Below, in pieces: positions 53,380 through 64,000 of a DNA stretch of 64,000 nt. The number at the start of each line of letters is the position of its first letter. Positions within the stretch are counted from its first letter, which is position 1. The notes under the pieces were generated by a model. The model did not search any database. It saw only the letters and a program-made list of their open reading frames with translations, and was not told the DNA's origin. This DNA is from Podarcis pityusensis (Eukaryota): NCBI GenBank assembly GCA_964106645.2, contig OZ067038.1; one strand, 5' to 3'. The position numbers and the translations under genes are program-made.

Positions 53380-53716
53380 GTGGGGTAGGAGAGCTGAAAA
53401 TAATGCCCATATATTTCACATCTGTCAACCAATATGCTCCTTTGGTTTCTGATAGTACATGGGTAGAAAAATCTAAAAAGCCTGGGACAGAAATTTTCAC
53501 AGCCCTCTAGCAGCTAGGGTGGATCATTTACCAGAAATAATGTATTTAGCATGCACTCTGGAAGGGTATACTCGATTCTCAGCTAAGTAAACGCTTCGAA
53601 TGAGCTGTGAAAAATTGTGTTCCGGGCTTTTTAGACTCGTCTACCCATGTACTATCTGAAACCAAAGGGGCACATTAGTTGGCAGAAGTGAATTTTTTTC
53701 AGCTCTCCTACCGCAC
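53380..53716. repeat. Long imperfect palindrome (~120-bp arms), probable old fold-back element
   Basis: The left arm gtggggtaggagagctgaaaa...cctttggtttctgatagtacatgggtaga...tttcacagc pairs with gctgtgaaa...tctacccatgtactatctgaaaccaaagg...ttttcagctctcctaccgcac. Confidence 0.88.
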
Positions 53717-55399
53717 TATTGGTTAACAATTTACTATTCATTTACAGTTAAAATATGTGGCTTTATGGGTGACGAATCAGTGCAACATCTGGCCCAATGA
53801 GCACAAGAAACAAGAATCTATGACCTCAAGGACACCTGTTTTCACATCATGCCTCACAGCCACAATTAGCTCTGCATTGAGCGCTACAGTTGTTTTGCTT
53901 TTTTATTTTTAAAAACCCCCCAATGATAACAGGAGTTGTAATTTCTTACCAGTAAAGGAACTAGAACAGCAAATTGGTAACATTTATCAGGCAGATAGCA
54001 GTGTTCACATCCCTTTGGGATTCATGGAATTTTCCTAAATCATAAATCAAAAAAGATTCCTCCTCAGGTGACAAACATTTGTCAAGTGGAGGGAGAATAG
54101 AATGGCTGCACAGCTTTGTGCAAGATATAATACTAAACATATTTAGTTGGAACTAAGTAGATTCATCTGAAACCATGGGGCTTACACTGAAATCAATATG
54201 TGTTTGACAAAGTAAGATAAAGCTGGCAAAATTGGATTTGCATGACATGTTCTGACTGAATTCTTTTGCATGACTGAATTCTTTTGCTAATGACAATTAG
54301 TTTTGAATAAATAAAATGCAAAAGTAATTCTAAATTAAGACTTTAAGATAGCTGATGGGTGACAATAACATTTCAAAAAGATGAAACAATAATTAAAACG
54401 TATTGCAAAGGGCCTGTGTGCTTCTGTCAGCTAAATCAGTTCACAAGGCTGAACATCTGGATTGGAAAAAAATCAGATCTTAATTCCTATACACTGCATG
54501 ATAGAAAGGATTTTTTATTTTTTACTAAGCAGCCAAAATCTGCATGAATTCACGAGCAGACAAGAATATTTTCCTTACTAAAGTTTTTTTGGAAGGGATT
54601 TGCATCCAGTGGACGCCACTGGAATTCATCAAAATCAAAACTTCCAAATTTTCTTTAGCTCTGCTATAACAACAGACAGGAAAAACTTCTATGGACTTTT
54701 ACATGTAAATTTTGATATGGCATAAATCACTTGAAAATAATTATTCACAATGTTTTAAGTTTTGGAAACTCAATGTATACTTGCGCTGAATCCATTTCCC
54801 CCCACTCCTACTTGTTATATAAGGGAGAACTATTGAACTGAAAGATGCAAATTAACTTTTAATAACTTTAAAATAGTCTTAATTTTTTTTATCTAGGACT
54901 ATTTGTTTCTTTTCCCCACGATTTGCAGGATGCTTGTTTCACAGTAAACATTTCACAATGGAATGTACATCAGTTTCGCTTCCTAGTAATCTAGTGCCAG
55001 CAGATGTACTTGATGTAATTATTTTTTTAAATCCAACCAAGGTAAGTACATGTTTGAATAGGGCATCAGAATAGCATCTGTTTTCACAGCAGCTTTCTCA
55101 TCAACATCCCTTTACCCATCACACCAACCAAACTGAAAAAGTTGGATCTGGCTAGAAATGAAAGGGGCTTGCAAAGCAGTTATAGAATAATAGGACTGGA
55201 ATGTCAGCAAATCAACACTGGGCAGTGACCATGGCTTGCTAGCTACAGCGTATTGTACAATAGTGGTTAAAAAACTAAAAAAAGTTAACTTATTATTTGT
55301 AGTCACAATTTTTTAAAGGCGCTCTACTCCATATAAAACACCCTACCCAGTTCTCTTGTTGAAATTGACGTTCTAGAGTTTTCTTCTTCTTGTATAATG

Positions 55400-55720
55400 G
55401 CTACTCTCATATCACCCTGCTCATGTACTGAGATTTCCTTCAGCAGAGGCATTCCTTTAGATGCCCTATCACCTGAGGAGAGGGCAAGCAGCAAACCCTA
55501 GAAAATGCCTTTTTAGCAGTGGTGCCCTGTTTGTGAAATTCCCTTCCCAAGGAGACTTGCCTAGCAACCCACATTCTTCTATTTTCAGTATTGGGTAGGT
55601 AGAAACTGCATGTAGATTCTGCTATAGTTTTTTTATCATGATTTTCACTTTCTGATGGGTGTTTTTATTTTCATGCACACTGCCCTGGACAGTGTATGCT
55701 TCTCTTAAATAAATAAATAT
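55400..55720 (+). mobile_element. L2 LINE 3' fragment
   Basis: gcctttttagcagtggtgccctgtttgtgaaattcccttccc (AF.AVVP.L.NSLP-like) and an aataaataaa tail. Confidence 0.55.
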
Positions 55721-56302
55721 TGTGGATTATAGAACCCTAAATTTCTCACCTTCACTCCCAAAACACTGCCATGATACCCCCAATGTCCAGGAACTGGCAG
55801 CAATTCCACAGAGAGAAACAACCATCCAGGGGTGGTGAATTGGCAATATCAACCCCAGAAGCATATAGAAAAAGCACAGTTTTGGTGATAATAATGCTGC
55901 ATTCCGACTCTTACTATTTTATGGTTGTTCAATCACATACCAACAAATCCAGATCCCACAATTAAAGCAGATTTGGCACTCTTGCCTTCTTCTCTCTCCC
56001 CACCCACCTCAATGAACTTCTTGTAGTAAGGAAAGTGATGGGAAAGTGTCAGATAACAATTGATGATAAGATGAAAAAGCCACACACAAAAATCAGAATA
56101 AAGGCTCAATAAACAATGACTGTTGTATAACAACCCTGCAAACTGATCTGAATGTATGTTCAAAAAGCGGGTCATCAAAGAGCAAACTAAATCTGTTAAG
56201 ACTCTGTTGTTTTATCTACTGATTTCGGTAGGTTGAACTGCTGTAAATAGCACAGAAGCAACCTTGTTTAAAATATTTATGTTTAGTGTCTCTGAAACTA
56301 TA

Positions 56303-56514
56303 CAGTGGTACCTCAGGATGCGAACGGGATCCGCGACTGCACATGCGCAGGTCGTGATTCGCCACTTCTGCACATGCGCGTGACGTCATTCTGACCGTCT
56401 GTGCACGTGCAAGCGGCAAAACCCAGAAGTAACATGCTCCATTACTTTCAGTTCACCGCGGAGCACAACGCAAAAGCGCTCAACCTGAAGCGTATTCAAC
56501 CCGAGGTATGACTG
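56303..56514. mobile_element. Tc1/mariner MITE with imperfect TIRs
   Basis: TA-CAGTGGTACCTCAGG ... CCCGAGGTATGACTG-TA, with a CpG-rich interior. Confidence 0.75.
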
Positions 56515-56597
56515 TACAATGAAACCATCAACCAAAGAAGAGTTGTCCTGTGGCAGAAGAAATAAAGAGAACCTGAGTAAAATTATTAAAGGCTCTC

Positions 56598-56733
56598 CAG
56601 TGTTTCTCAACCTTGGGTCCCCAGATTTTGTTGGACTACAACTCCCATCATCCCTGAGCTCTGGCCTTGCTAGCTAGGGATTATGGGAGTTGTAGTTCAA
56701 CAACATTTGGGGACCCAAGGTTGAGAAATGCTG
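56598..56733. mobile_element. hAT-like palindromic MITE, well preserved
   Basis: CAGTGTTTCTCAACCTTGGGTCCCC...GGGGACCCAAGGTTGAGAAATGCTG; almost the whole element is self-complementary. Confidence 0.85.
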
Positions 56734-57130
56734 CAAGTCTACCCAAAAAGTCAATAGCAGGTACTCTACAGCATAGCTTCTTGTGCATCATCCTAGCGAG
56801 TGAGGAATCGAGGATCAGCGCTTGTTTCAGTCAGTTTAAGTGAACTGCTACACATCTGGGTGTTCACAGGTTTCTCAACAGCCGTATGCCGAGTACAATG
56901 AGAAAGAAAGATGAGAACCAGCACTGACCCAAGCTGTTTTGCTGCCTGAGACAAAGGGCAAAGTCGAGTGCCTTTCCTTCCATGTGCAGAAGCTGACTGG
57001 ACTTCAACACTGGCAACAGGGCAGTGACCTCCAGTGCACCTGAGAGCAGGAGGCTATTTTAAGGGGTACATGGAAGCCTGTGTGGCACACATGGGTCTGA
57101 TCTTAAACAGTTGGGAATGGTCTGGGAGCT

Positions 57131-57164
<34 letters not shown>
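57131..57164. repeat. (CAG)11 microsatellite
   Basis: Directly visible; explains the poly-Ala in ORF 57034-57258. Confidence 0.95.
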
Positions 57165-58142
57165 TAGAAAGGGTGTTACTGCTGCCCCACAGCATCTTCT
57201 ACCTAGGGCAATTGCTTCACTCTGCCTAATGGTAGGGCCAACTTTGGTGAGGAGGTAAGAGATATTGAGTGGGATTCAACTAATGAGGCCCCTTCAGTGG
57301 AAGCCCTGCACAATGACTTCCACCTGTGTAGTGGGGCTTTTCCCTCTCTCCTCCCCACCCCCAAAACTGGCTGGGGGGCTGGGAGAACCCCTGGAACAGC
57401 ACACTAGAGGAGGAAAGGGGAATCATTCCATCTTGCAAGCCAGAAAGCTTGCACTGGTGGAATGATCCCCTTAGCACAATACTGAATTCCTCCAACAGGC
57501 AGTGGCAGTGTTTAGTGTCATACAGATAGTGAAAATCACTTTTTTAAAAGACCGAAGTGCCAATTCTATTTTGCACCTATAGAATATGGGTTCATCCTGG
57601 ATGTATACAGCTGACGAAATACTGTTATACAGTATTATCTATTATATTCCTTCCTCTTCCCTCCGGCCAGGATGATTATATGAGCAGGATCCATTTAAAA
57701 TCCATCTCATGGCATCATCCATGAACAAGCAGCGTGAACGTATTGCAACATAAAATTTTCACTTTTGCACCCACAGAAATAATTCCATGCACGATAACAG
57801 TTGAACAGGCAGAAAACTATTCCTGTGCACGGAGGATTCTGATAGGGTTCAACAGACCTCCCCTAGCTACATCCAGCCTGCCCCTCTATGCCTTGCAATA
57901 GACAGAAGACATAATCATGCCTGAAGCAAAAGACAAGACAGCACTTAAGCCATTCCACATACAGAATCCAGCCAGACTGGCAGCTAAGTCTTACACCAGC
58001 AGAAGGACAGAGACCTCCCACACACAACAGAGAAACTTAGAGGGTGCTTTGTAAGTTATCTCAGGGGGAATTGGTGGCAGGGGGTGCTGCGTACACTGCT
58101 GGAGGAGGCTGTCTTACTCTACCTAATGGTAGGGCTACAGTA

Positions 58143-58491
58143 AGGTAAAGAGACCCCTGACCATTAGGTCCAGTCGTAACTGACTCTGGGGTTGTGGTGC
58201 TCATCTCACTTTACCGGCTGAGGGAGCCGGCATACAGCTTCCGGGTCATGTGGCCAGCATGACTAAGCCGCTTCTGGCGAACCAGAGCAGTGCACGGAAA
58301 CGCCGTTTACCTTCCCGCCGGAGCGGTACCTATTTATCTACTTGAACTTTAACATGCTTTCGAACTGCTAGGTTGGCAGGAGCAGAAACCAAGGAACGGA
58401 AGCTCACCCCGTCACAGGGATTTGAACCGCCAACCTTCTGATCGGCAAATCCTAGGCTCTGTGGTTTAACCCACAGCGCAACCCGCATCCC
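58143..58491 (-). mobile_element. Sauria SINE (Squam1), full length
   Basis: Same family as the other two copies. 12-bp TSD AGGGCTACAGTA at 58131-58142 and 58492-58503. Confidence 0.93.
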
Positions 58492-59084
58492 AGGGCTACA
58501 GTAGTCCTACTGCAAATTATTCACTAGTAACTTGAAAGAAATGAAAATGGTGAGGCAAAGGCGGGGAGATACACACAGACCCTGCACAGAGACCCTGCAG
58601 TCCCCTTAAAATGCATGTAAGTGGACCATTACCCAAGAACTTTTTCTCCATACCTACCACCAACTTCAGGCACATGCTCATTTGAAGAAATGTAAGATAT
58701 ACTGCAGTTAATGGCAAGTACAGCTAGCAGCAATTCCTGAAAGTAATGCAGCACTTTCCCCAGCCAGTGCACCCAAGAGTGATTACTATGTACTTCTGGC
58801 TCGCACATTATGTTTTGCTTCAGGAGTCCTTGCTTAGTAGGCACCACTTGCATGGCAAAAAAGTATACTATTTGAAAGGGCCGTAGCATTCCACTCTCAT
58901 TACATGCACAAGTACACATAGCTCCTGCTCCCTGGAAACATGTTGTATCTCAACAGACTTCAGCTGAAGGTGGTATTTTTGCTCCCCATCTCTTCCATAT
59001 CACTCAGTCAAGGTTACTGGATTGAGAGGACATTGGTTCTTAGTTCCTTTTATTCCTTGCTATGTAAAGCAGGTTTGTGCAGTG

Positions 59085-59086
<2 letters not shown>

Positions 59087-59122
<36 letters not shown>

Positions 59123-59152
59123 CATATATACACACACACACACACCTATATA
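59087..59152. repeat. (CA)n/(TA)n compound microsatellite
   Basis: Directly visible. Confidence 0.95.
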
Positions 59153-60970
59153 TGAGTACTTGCACCTTGTTTTTTTATTAAAAAAAAAGGTGAAAGTACT
59201 CATATATTTTGTGCCATGGGTGTCAGCACAAAACGGAGGTCATGGGCAGCAAAAAAAAGAGGTGTTGGTATTCTGTACAAGTGACTATTGTCACCAAAGA
59301 AAGCTTCGTGTTCGTCAGGACTTTATCAGGACTTCTGCTGGTTCCAATGCAGCCTACACAACACCTAACAACACTCCATACAATACAATATTACAAAGGC
59401 ACAAAGAGCAGGCTATTGCACTTGCAAGTATAATTCTATGCATGTCTTTTCCTAGGTAAATCCCATAAAACCATCAATTCAGGGCTCAATGGGACTTATC
59501 CCCATGTAAGTATGACCAGAATTGCCCAGAATAATTCCTTATGTGTTCAAGTCAAGCATGCACAAAAGTCAATATTCTTTGCTATGTGAATTTGTGACTG
59601 AAATACATCAGATTTTTCATTAGTCCCAGATAGTGAATCCTCTTTAAAACCTATTATAGTGGGATATTCAGGAAGCAAAACAGCTGCTGTTGATCATAGA
59701 CACCAGGAAAAAGAAGTTGGGGAACTGGTGTTCATCAAAATGATTCAGAACAATTGATGGGATTTGTACAGAGGGGGGAGGAAGGATGGTGCCTGGTTCT
59801 GGGCATGTGTTGGGTGGGAGAATGTGGCCCTTCAGGTCATGTGAGGAGTTGTTTTCAAACAGACTTCTGGCTTAGTATTTCACTTGAGACAGAAGTAACA
59901 ATTGAATGAGTCAGTTCAGATTGTTCCCACACATCGAGGCTCCTACAGGGTGATACTTTCAGAAAGTTGAAAAGGGGAACAGCAGCATAAGTTGTACATT
60001 TCAGGCAGAGGGTGAGGAGTAATGGTGACCTTCGCTGCACAGATTATGGAAATAAATAAATAAAAGCCAGAGGCTTCAAGTAACAAACCGGAGAAGTTTC
60101 TTCCCAAGCTGCGCGCCAACCAAGATCCCTCCTCGTCACCTCAGCGATTCCCTTCAAACGCTCCCTCCACAGAGACGCTCTAGCAATCCCCCTCGCGCCA
60201 TTATTAATTAAGAGGAAGTCACTGCTCCAAGGCAACCTGCACGTTTCACACACAGACAGTCACTTCCAACACCAAGCCAGCGACAAACCAAAGCAAACGC
60301 CAAGAGGCTTTGTGCCTCGCACGCCCGGCCAGAGCTATAGCTGCACCAGCCCAAGCCGCCTCTCTCTCCCCGCCCCCTTTGCATTCATTCTCCACCACCA
60401 GACGGCTGCTGGGATTTTTCAATTAGGTGCGAGAGAAAACATCTTTGTGAATGGGGAGCTGCTGCTGCAGCCGCGGGACACTCTCTGCCCGCCACCCCAC
60501 CCCTCTTTGAAAGGTCCACAAAGGTGGGGGAGATCTGTTAAACTAAACGCGCAAGCGCGAGTCAAAAGCACGTCTCCTCGGAAGTAAATCCCAGTAAGCC
60601 AAGCAGGGCTAAGGCTTTAGAAGGATTGCAGCACTGTTTCATACAGATTTACAGGGGGTGCGGCTGGAGGAAACTCCCCCTGTGGTAAACGGGATTTGCT
60701 CCCACGGCAGATCTGCAGCTTTAGGATTACAAAGGATTGGTTAGGAAGGACTGCAGCCTCAGTTACTAAGCAAACGCACTGAGGGAGGATGGCTAAAAAA
60801 CCAAAGCCCACGTTTCAACGTGGAAAGAGGCGCATCATATTCACTACCGCTCTCTAGCCATTATTATTGTTAAATCTCTCTTCGCCTGCATTTAGCCTAA
60901 GGTGACCAGAATCGGGGAAAAGAGACCCGCATCATCTGAGGCAATGGAGAAGAGGGAGGGAGAGACTCAC

Positions 60971-61070
60971 CGCGATCGCTTTGGTTGCTGCCGCCGCCAG
61001 TCAAGTTAGAAACTCCCGCCGGATCTCAGTCCCCCGCGCTCTCGCTCCGTCCCCGCTTGCTCAGTTTCTC
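60971..61070 (-). other. MYLK: Probable non-coding first exon of MYLK (5' boundary approximate)
   Basis: GC-rich segment without ATG, ending in the donor GCG|GTGAGT at 60971/60970. It lies inside the only CpG island, about 25-30 nt downstream of TTAAAA, and is oriented toward the MYLK coding exons. Confidence 0.65.
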
Positions 61071-61092
61071 AGCGACACGGTCCGGACGGCTC

Positions 61093-61100
61093 CCTTTTAA
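61093..61100 (-). promoter_or_regulatory. TATA-like element TTAAAAGG
   Basis: AT-rich island in GC-rich context, positioned between the CArG box and the putative first exon. Confidence 0.45.
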
Positions 61101-61151
61101 CTCCCCAAGGCTGCCCCTTTCGAAAACGTGGGCTGTTTAATGCCTGGGGAG

Positions 61152-61161
61152 CCTTATTAGG
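61152..61161. promoter_or_regulatory. CArG box (SRF site) CCTTATTAGG
   Basis: Perfect CC(A/T)6GG about 55 bp upstream of the TATA-like element on the minus strand, within a GC-rich promoter. Confidence 0.65.
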
Positions 61162-62137
61162 AAATGTTTGCAGGAGTTGGGAGCAGGCGGGACATCGGTT
61201 TTTGTGCGTGTGCATGTGGCTGAAAGCGGGGTGGGGGGCGGAGGAGGTAATCAGAGGCGGCAGCAGCCAGCAGCCCTTCTGCACGGACTGCTCGCAGTTT
61301 TGACAACAAGCGTTGGTGACCTGCAGCCAGTGGGAGGGGGAGACGAGGCGGGGATGCGATAGGAAAGGCTGGAGGTGCAGAGCGGAGAGCAGACCGGCGC
61401 GGCGTGAGAGAGACACAGAAGATCACGCCGCTAACAACTAGTGATCCATAACGCAGGCAGCGTCGCCTCAGACCTGAAAGAAAGCCGAGGGGCGTGCGCA
61501 CCTTTTGAAAGCGTGGAGCAGCTCATTCGCGCGCTGTTGTGAATGACAGACTCCGCTGTCGTTGTCACAGGTGGAATCCCCTCAAAACATAAAAAGACCA
61601 AAGAAGCGTCCTTCGCATTATTTGGGTGGATGACTATTGCTAATGCAAGAAAGGAGTCATTACCAAAAAAATAATGAGTGCATCTTTTCTAACTATAGCT
61701 GAGCCAAGATTTCTCATATTTTTTTCTGATAAAGTTTCCTGGATTTTTCTTTTTCTCACTACCTTAGAAAAAGGACACTTTGATGAATTTTCTCTGAATT
61801 TTCTCCACTCCATTTTTGTTTATTTGTTTGTTATTTATGAGTGGTAACCACCATTTTCTAAATAAAAAAAGCTAGAGAACAACAGTGCTAAGGCAATTTG
61901 GACACTGCAAAATGGTGGCTAGGCTACTAATACAAGTTGCCGCTTCTGCCACTTGCAGCAGCAGAAACAAAAAGATAAATCACCCTTAGGTTAAGTAAGA
62001 AGGAGCTATACTATTGCCTTTGGGGGGGGTGAGCCCCACCCCAAGGAAAATGTAGGATAACACATCCACCCCCACTATTTTGGCAAAATGCTCCTCTCTT
62101 ACTAAAAATGATCAGATCTGGCAAAGCATCAACCAGT

Positions 62138-62262
62138 TCATAGAACTGTAAAATTGGAAGGGATCGCGGGGGTCACTTAGTCCAACCCCCTCCAATGTAG
62201 AATCACAACTAGATCATGCATGGCAGATGGCCATCCAACTTCTGCTTAAAAGCTTCCAATAA
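62138..62262 (-). mobile_element. CR1 LINE 3' end fragment
   Basis: tcatagaactgtaaaattggaaggga...tagtccaacccc...gatggccatccaacttctgcttaaaa is the reverse complement of a CR1 terminus. Confidence 0.65.
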
Positions 62263-62789
62263 ATTAGATTCCACACACCACCTCTCATGGGAGTCAGTGG
62301 AACACCATTATCATAGAACTGATATGCACAATATAGTTCCCTGTCCCTCCATCCCCCATCCCCATCATACCTACAATTCCTATTATAAAAAGTGGGCGGA
62401 AAACCAGGGAAATAAAAGGTGATTAAGCTGGTTCCAACACTTCTGCTTTTGCCTTCTGGGAGTTAAACATAGTTGGAGTAAATCTATTATCCACCTTTAG
62501 ACTGGTTCTAAATCCTTGTTTAAAAAAAAAAGGAACACCGATACTGGGAGACCATCTGCTACTTCCCTTTCTATTTGAACTCAGTGTTTGGTATCTTCTT
62601 CTAAAATAAAAGGAACAATATGCCTTATTTGATGGGCAAGATAATAAAGTTCTACATTAGGAAGTCCCTCCACCCCCTCTCTCAAGGGGAGATATAGCTG
62701 CTTTCCTCTTATCCTAGGACGTTTACTCATAAAAATAATATAATTTAATTGCCTGCAAGGATTGCAGTTGCTTGGACTTAATCCAAATC

Positions 62790-63042
62790 ATAAGAGAATA
62801 ATAGAGGAAAAAAGTAAGCTTAGGGAAAAATCTTGTTTTCACTGTAGGCTGGTTTCTACATACTCTCACATATTCCTCTCTGTTGCCCATCCAGGCAGGC
62901 AAGAAGTTCAAGGACACATTGGCACTCAAGGAGAGTGCAAGGCAGGGCCCCTGAGGGGTGTAGCTGGGGAGAGTCCCAAGGGCCAGAGAGAGAGGCTTGG
63001 AGGGCCACATTTGGTCCCTGGCCCTGAGGTTCCACATTCCTG
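62790..63042 (-). mobile_element. hAT-like non-autonomous element (same family as 16965-17285)
   Basis: agttcaaggacacatt is the reverse complement of 17081-17096; flanking sequence is also similar. Confidence 0.55.
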
Positions 63043-63109
63043 TCCCAAGGGCTCAGTCAATGCAAGGTTCTTCACCACCCCAGTGTTTTCCTCTCCATAT
63101 CAGTCGTCT

Positions 63110-63212
63110 GGCATAGGTTAGGTTGAGATACATGACTGGTCAGTTTCATAGATGAATGGGTTTGTAAACATGAGTCTCCCTCGTCCAAGTCCAGCACTGA
63201 CCACTACACCAT
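63110..63212 (-). mobile_element. Old MIR/Squam3A-like SINE fragment
   Basis: Reverse complement starts tggtgtagtggtcagtgctggacttggac. Confidence 0.5.
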
Positions 63213-63590
63213 GATGATTACCAGACACTGAGAGATTACCTTGCCTACAGCTCCTACACGCCTCATCATTTATCATTTGTATTGGGCATTTGGCTGATCA
63301 CTATAGGTGAAAGGAAAGGAAAGAATCCCCACCTCCTTATTTGCATTACTGCAAAGTTTGCTTGAGCATGTTGTAAAAGCAGTTAGATGTGTAAACACTA
63401 CAAACAGGAGATAAGCCTCTAGAAATATTCCACTCATGCTATAACTTTTGTTTGTGTACATAAGGCCAGGCGTTGAATATTTGTCCTTCGCTCTTTTAAC
63501 TCATGACATCATTCACATGTGAGCCAAGGGCAACTTTGGAAGAGAAGCTCTAGACCCAGCCATATTTGTTCCATATGGTTTTGTGGGTAA

Positions 63591-63842
63591 AGAGCCAGTG
63601 TGGTGTAGTGGTTAAGAGCGGTAGACTCGTAATCTGGGGAACCGGGTTCGCGTCTCCGCTCCTCCACATGCAGCTGCTGGGTGACCTTGGATTAGTCACA
63701 CTTCTCTGAAGTCTCTCAGCCCCACTCACCTCACAGAGTGCTTGTTGTGGGGGAGGAAGGGAAAGGAGAATGTTAGCCGCTTTGAGACTCCTTCGGGTAG
63801 TGATAAAGCGGGATATCAAATCCAAACTCTTCTTCTTCTTCT
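63591..63842 (+). mobile_element. Young Squam3-type (Ther1/MIR-derived) tRNA SINE with (CTT)n tail
   Basis: Head AGAGCCAGTGTGGTGTAGTGGTTAAGAGCGG (A box) and GGTTCGCGTCTCC (B-box-like). CORE gctgggtgaccttgg, L2-like 3' end, CTT repeats, CpGs retained. Confidence 0.85.
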
Positions 63843-64000
63843 AAAGGGGTTTTGATGGAAGAACATGCTACTTTTATCACCAGGTACCATACGGTACTGA
63901 AAATGAACTGAATCTGAATTGTCATGTCCCTCACACACGTTAAACCAAGCTTCCTGCTAAAAGTATCAGTGCTGTATTCCTTCCCTCCACCCACTTTTGT

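Larger units (their letters stand above)
60100..61600. promoter_or_regulatory. CpG island / promoter region of long MYLK isoform
   Basis: Visibly high GC and CpG density (gcgcg, cgcga, ccgccgcc) against an AT-rich, CpG-depleted background, outside any recognisable repeat. GC-box-like GGGGGCGGAG near 61234-61243. Confidence 0.75.

Noticed and set aside
59022-59459. 145-aa ORF with a His/Thr repeat
   Set aside because: The repeat is a translated (CA)n microsatellite and the rest has no coding signature.
61069-61501. ORFs of 114-115 aa in the CpG island
   Set aside because: Stop-poor GC-rich promoter sequence with no recognisable protein features.

Overview
Vertebrate genomic DNA, almost certainly from a squamate reptile. 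The repeat content (Sauria SINEs, BovB/RTE LINE, a young Squam3-type SINE with a (CTT)n tail) suggests a lacertid lizard. The window holds the 5' part of MYLK (long myosin light chain kinase isoform) on the minus strand: a CpG-island promoter with a perfect CArG box and a TATA-like element (about 61.1 kb), a non-coding first exon ending at 60971, roughly 45 kb of intron, the first coding exon (ATG at 15383, MGDVKLV...) and the next coding exon (209..2), which completes Ig domain 1. The rest is intron carrying SINEs, LINE fragments, TA-flanked Tc1/mariner-type MITEs, hAT-like MITEs, microsatellites and one 129-N gap. I see no evidence of a novel multi-gene system. The most interesting observations are two candidate 5' cassette exons that could switch MYLK between an N-terminal extension and a uORF, a 129-bp hairpin-containing tandem array inside a MITE, a 3'-truncated BovB beside an independent 5'-truncated BovB, and several long palindromes. 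Repeat family names come from recognition of the sequence, not from a database search.
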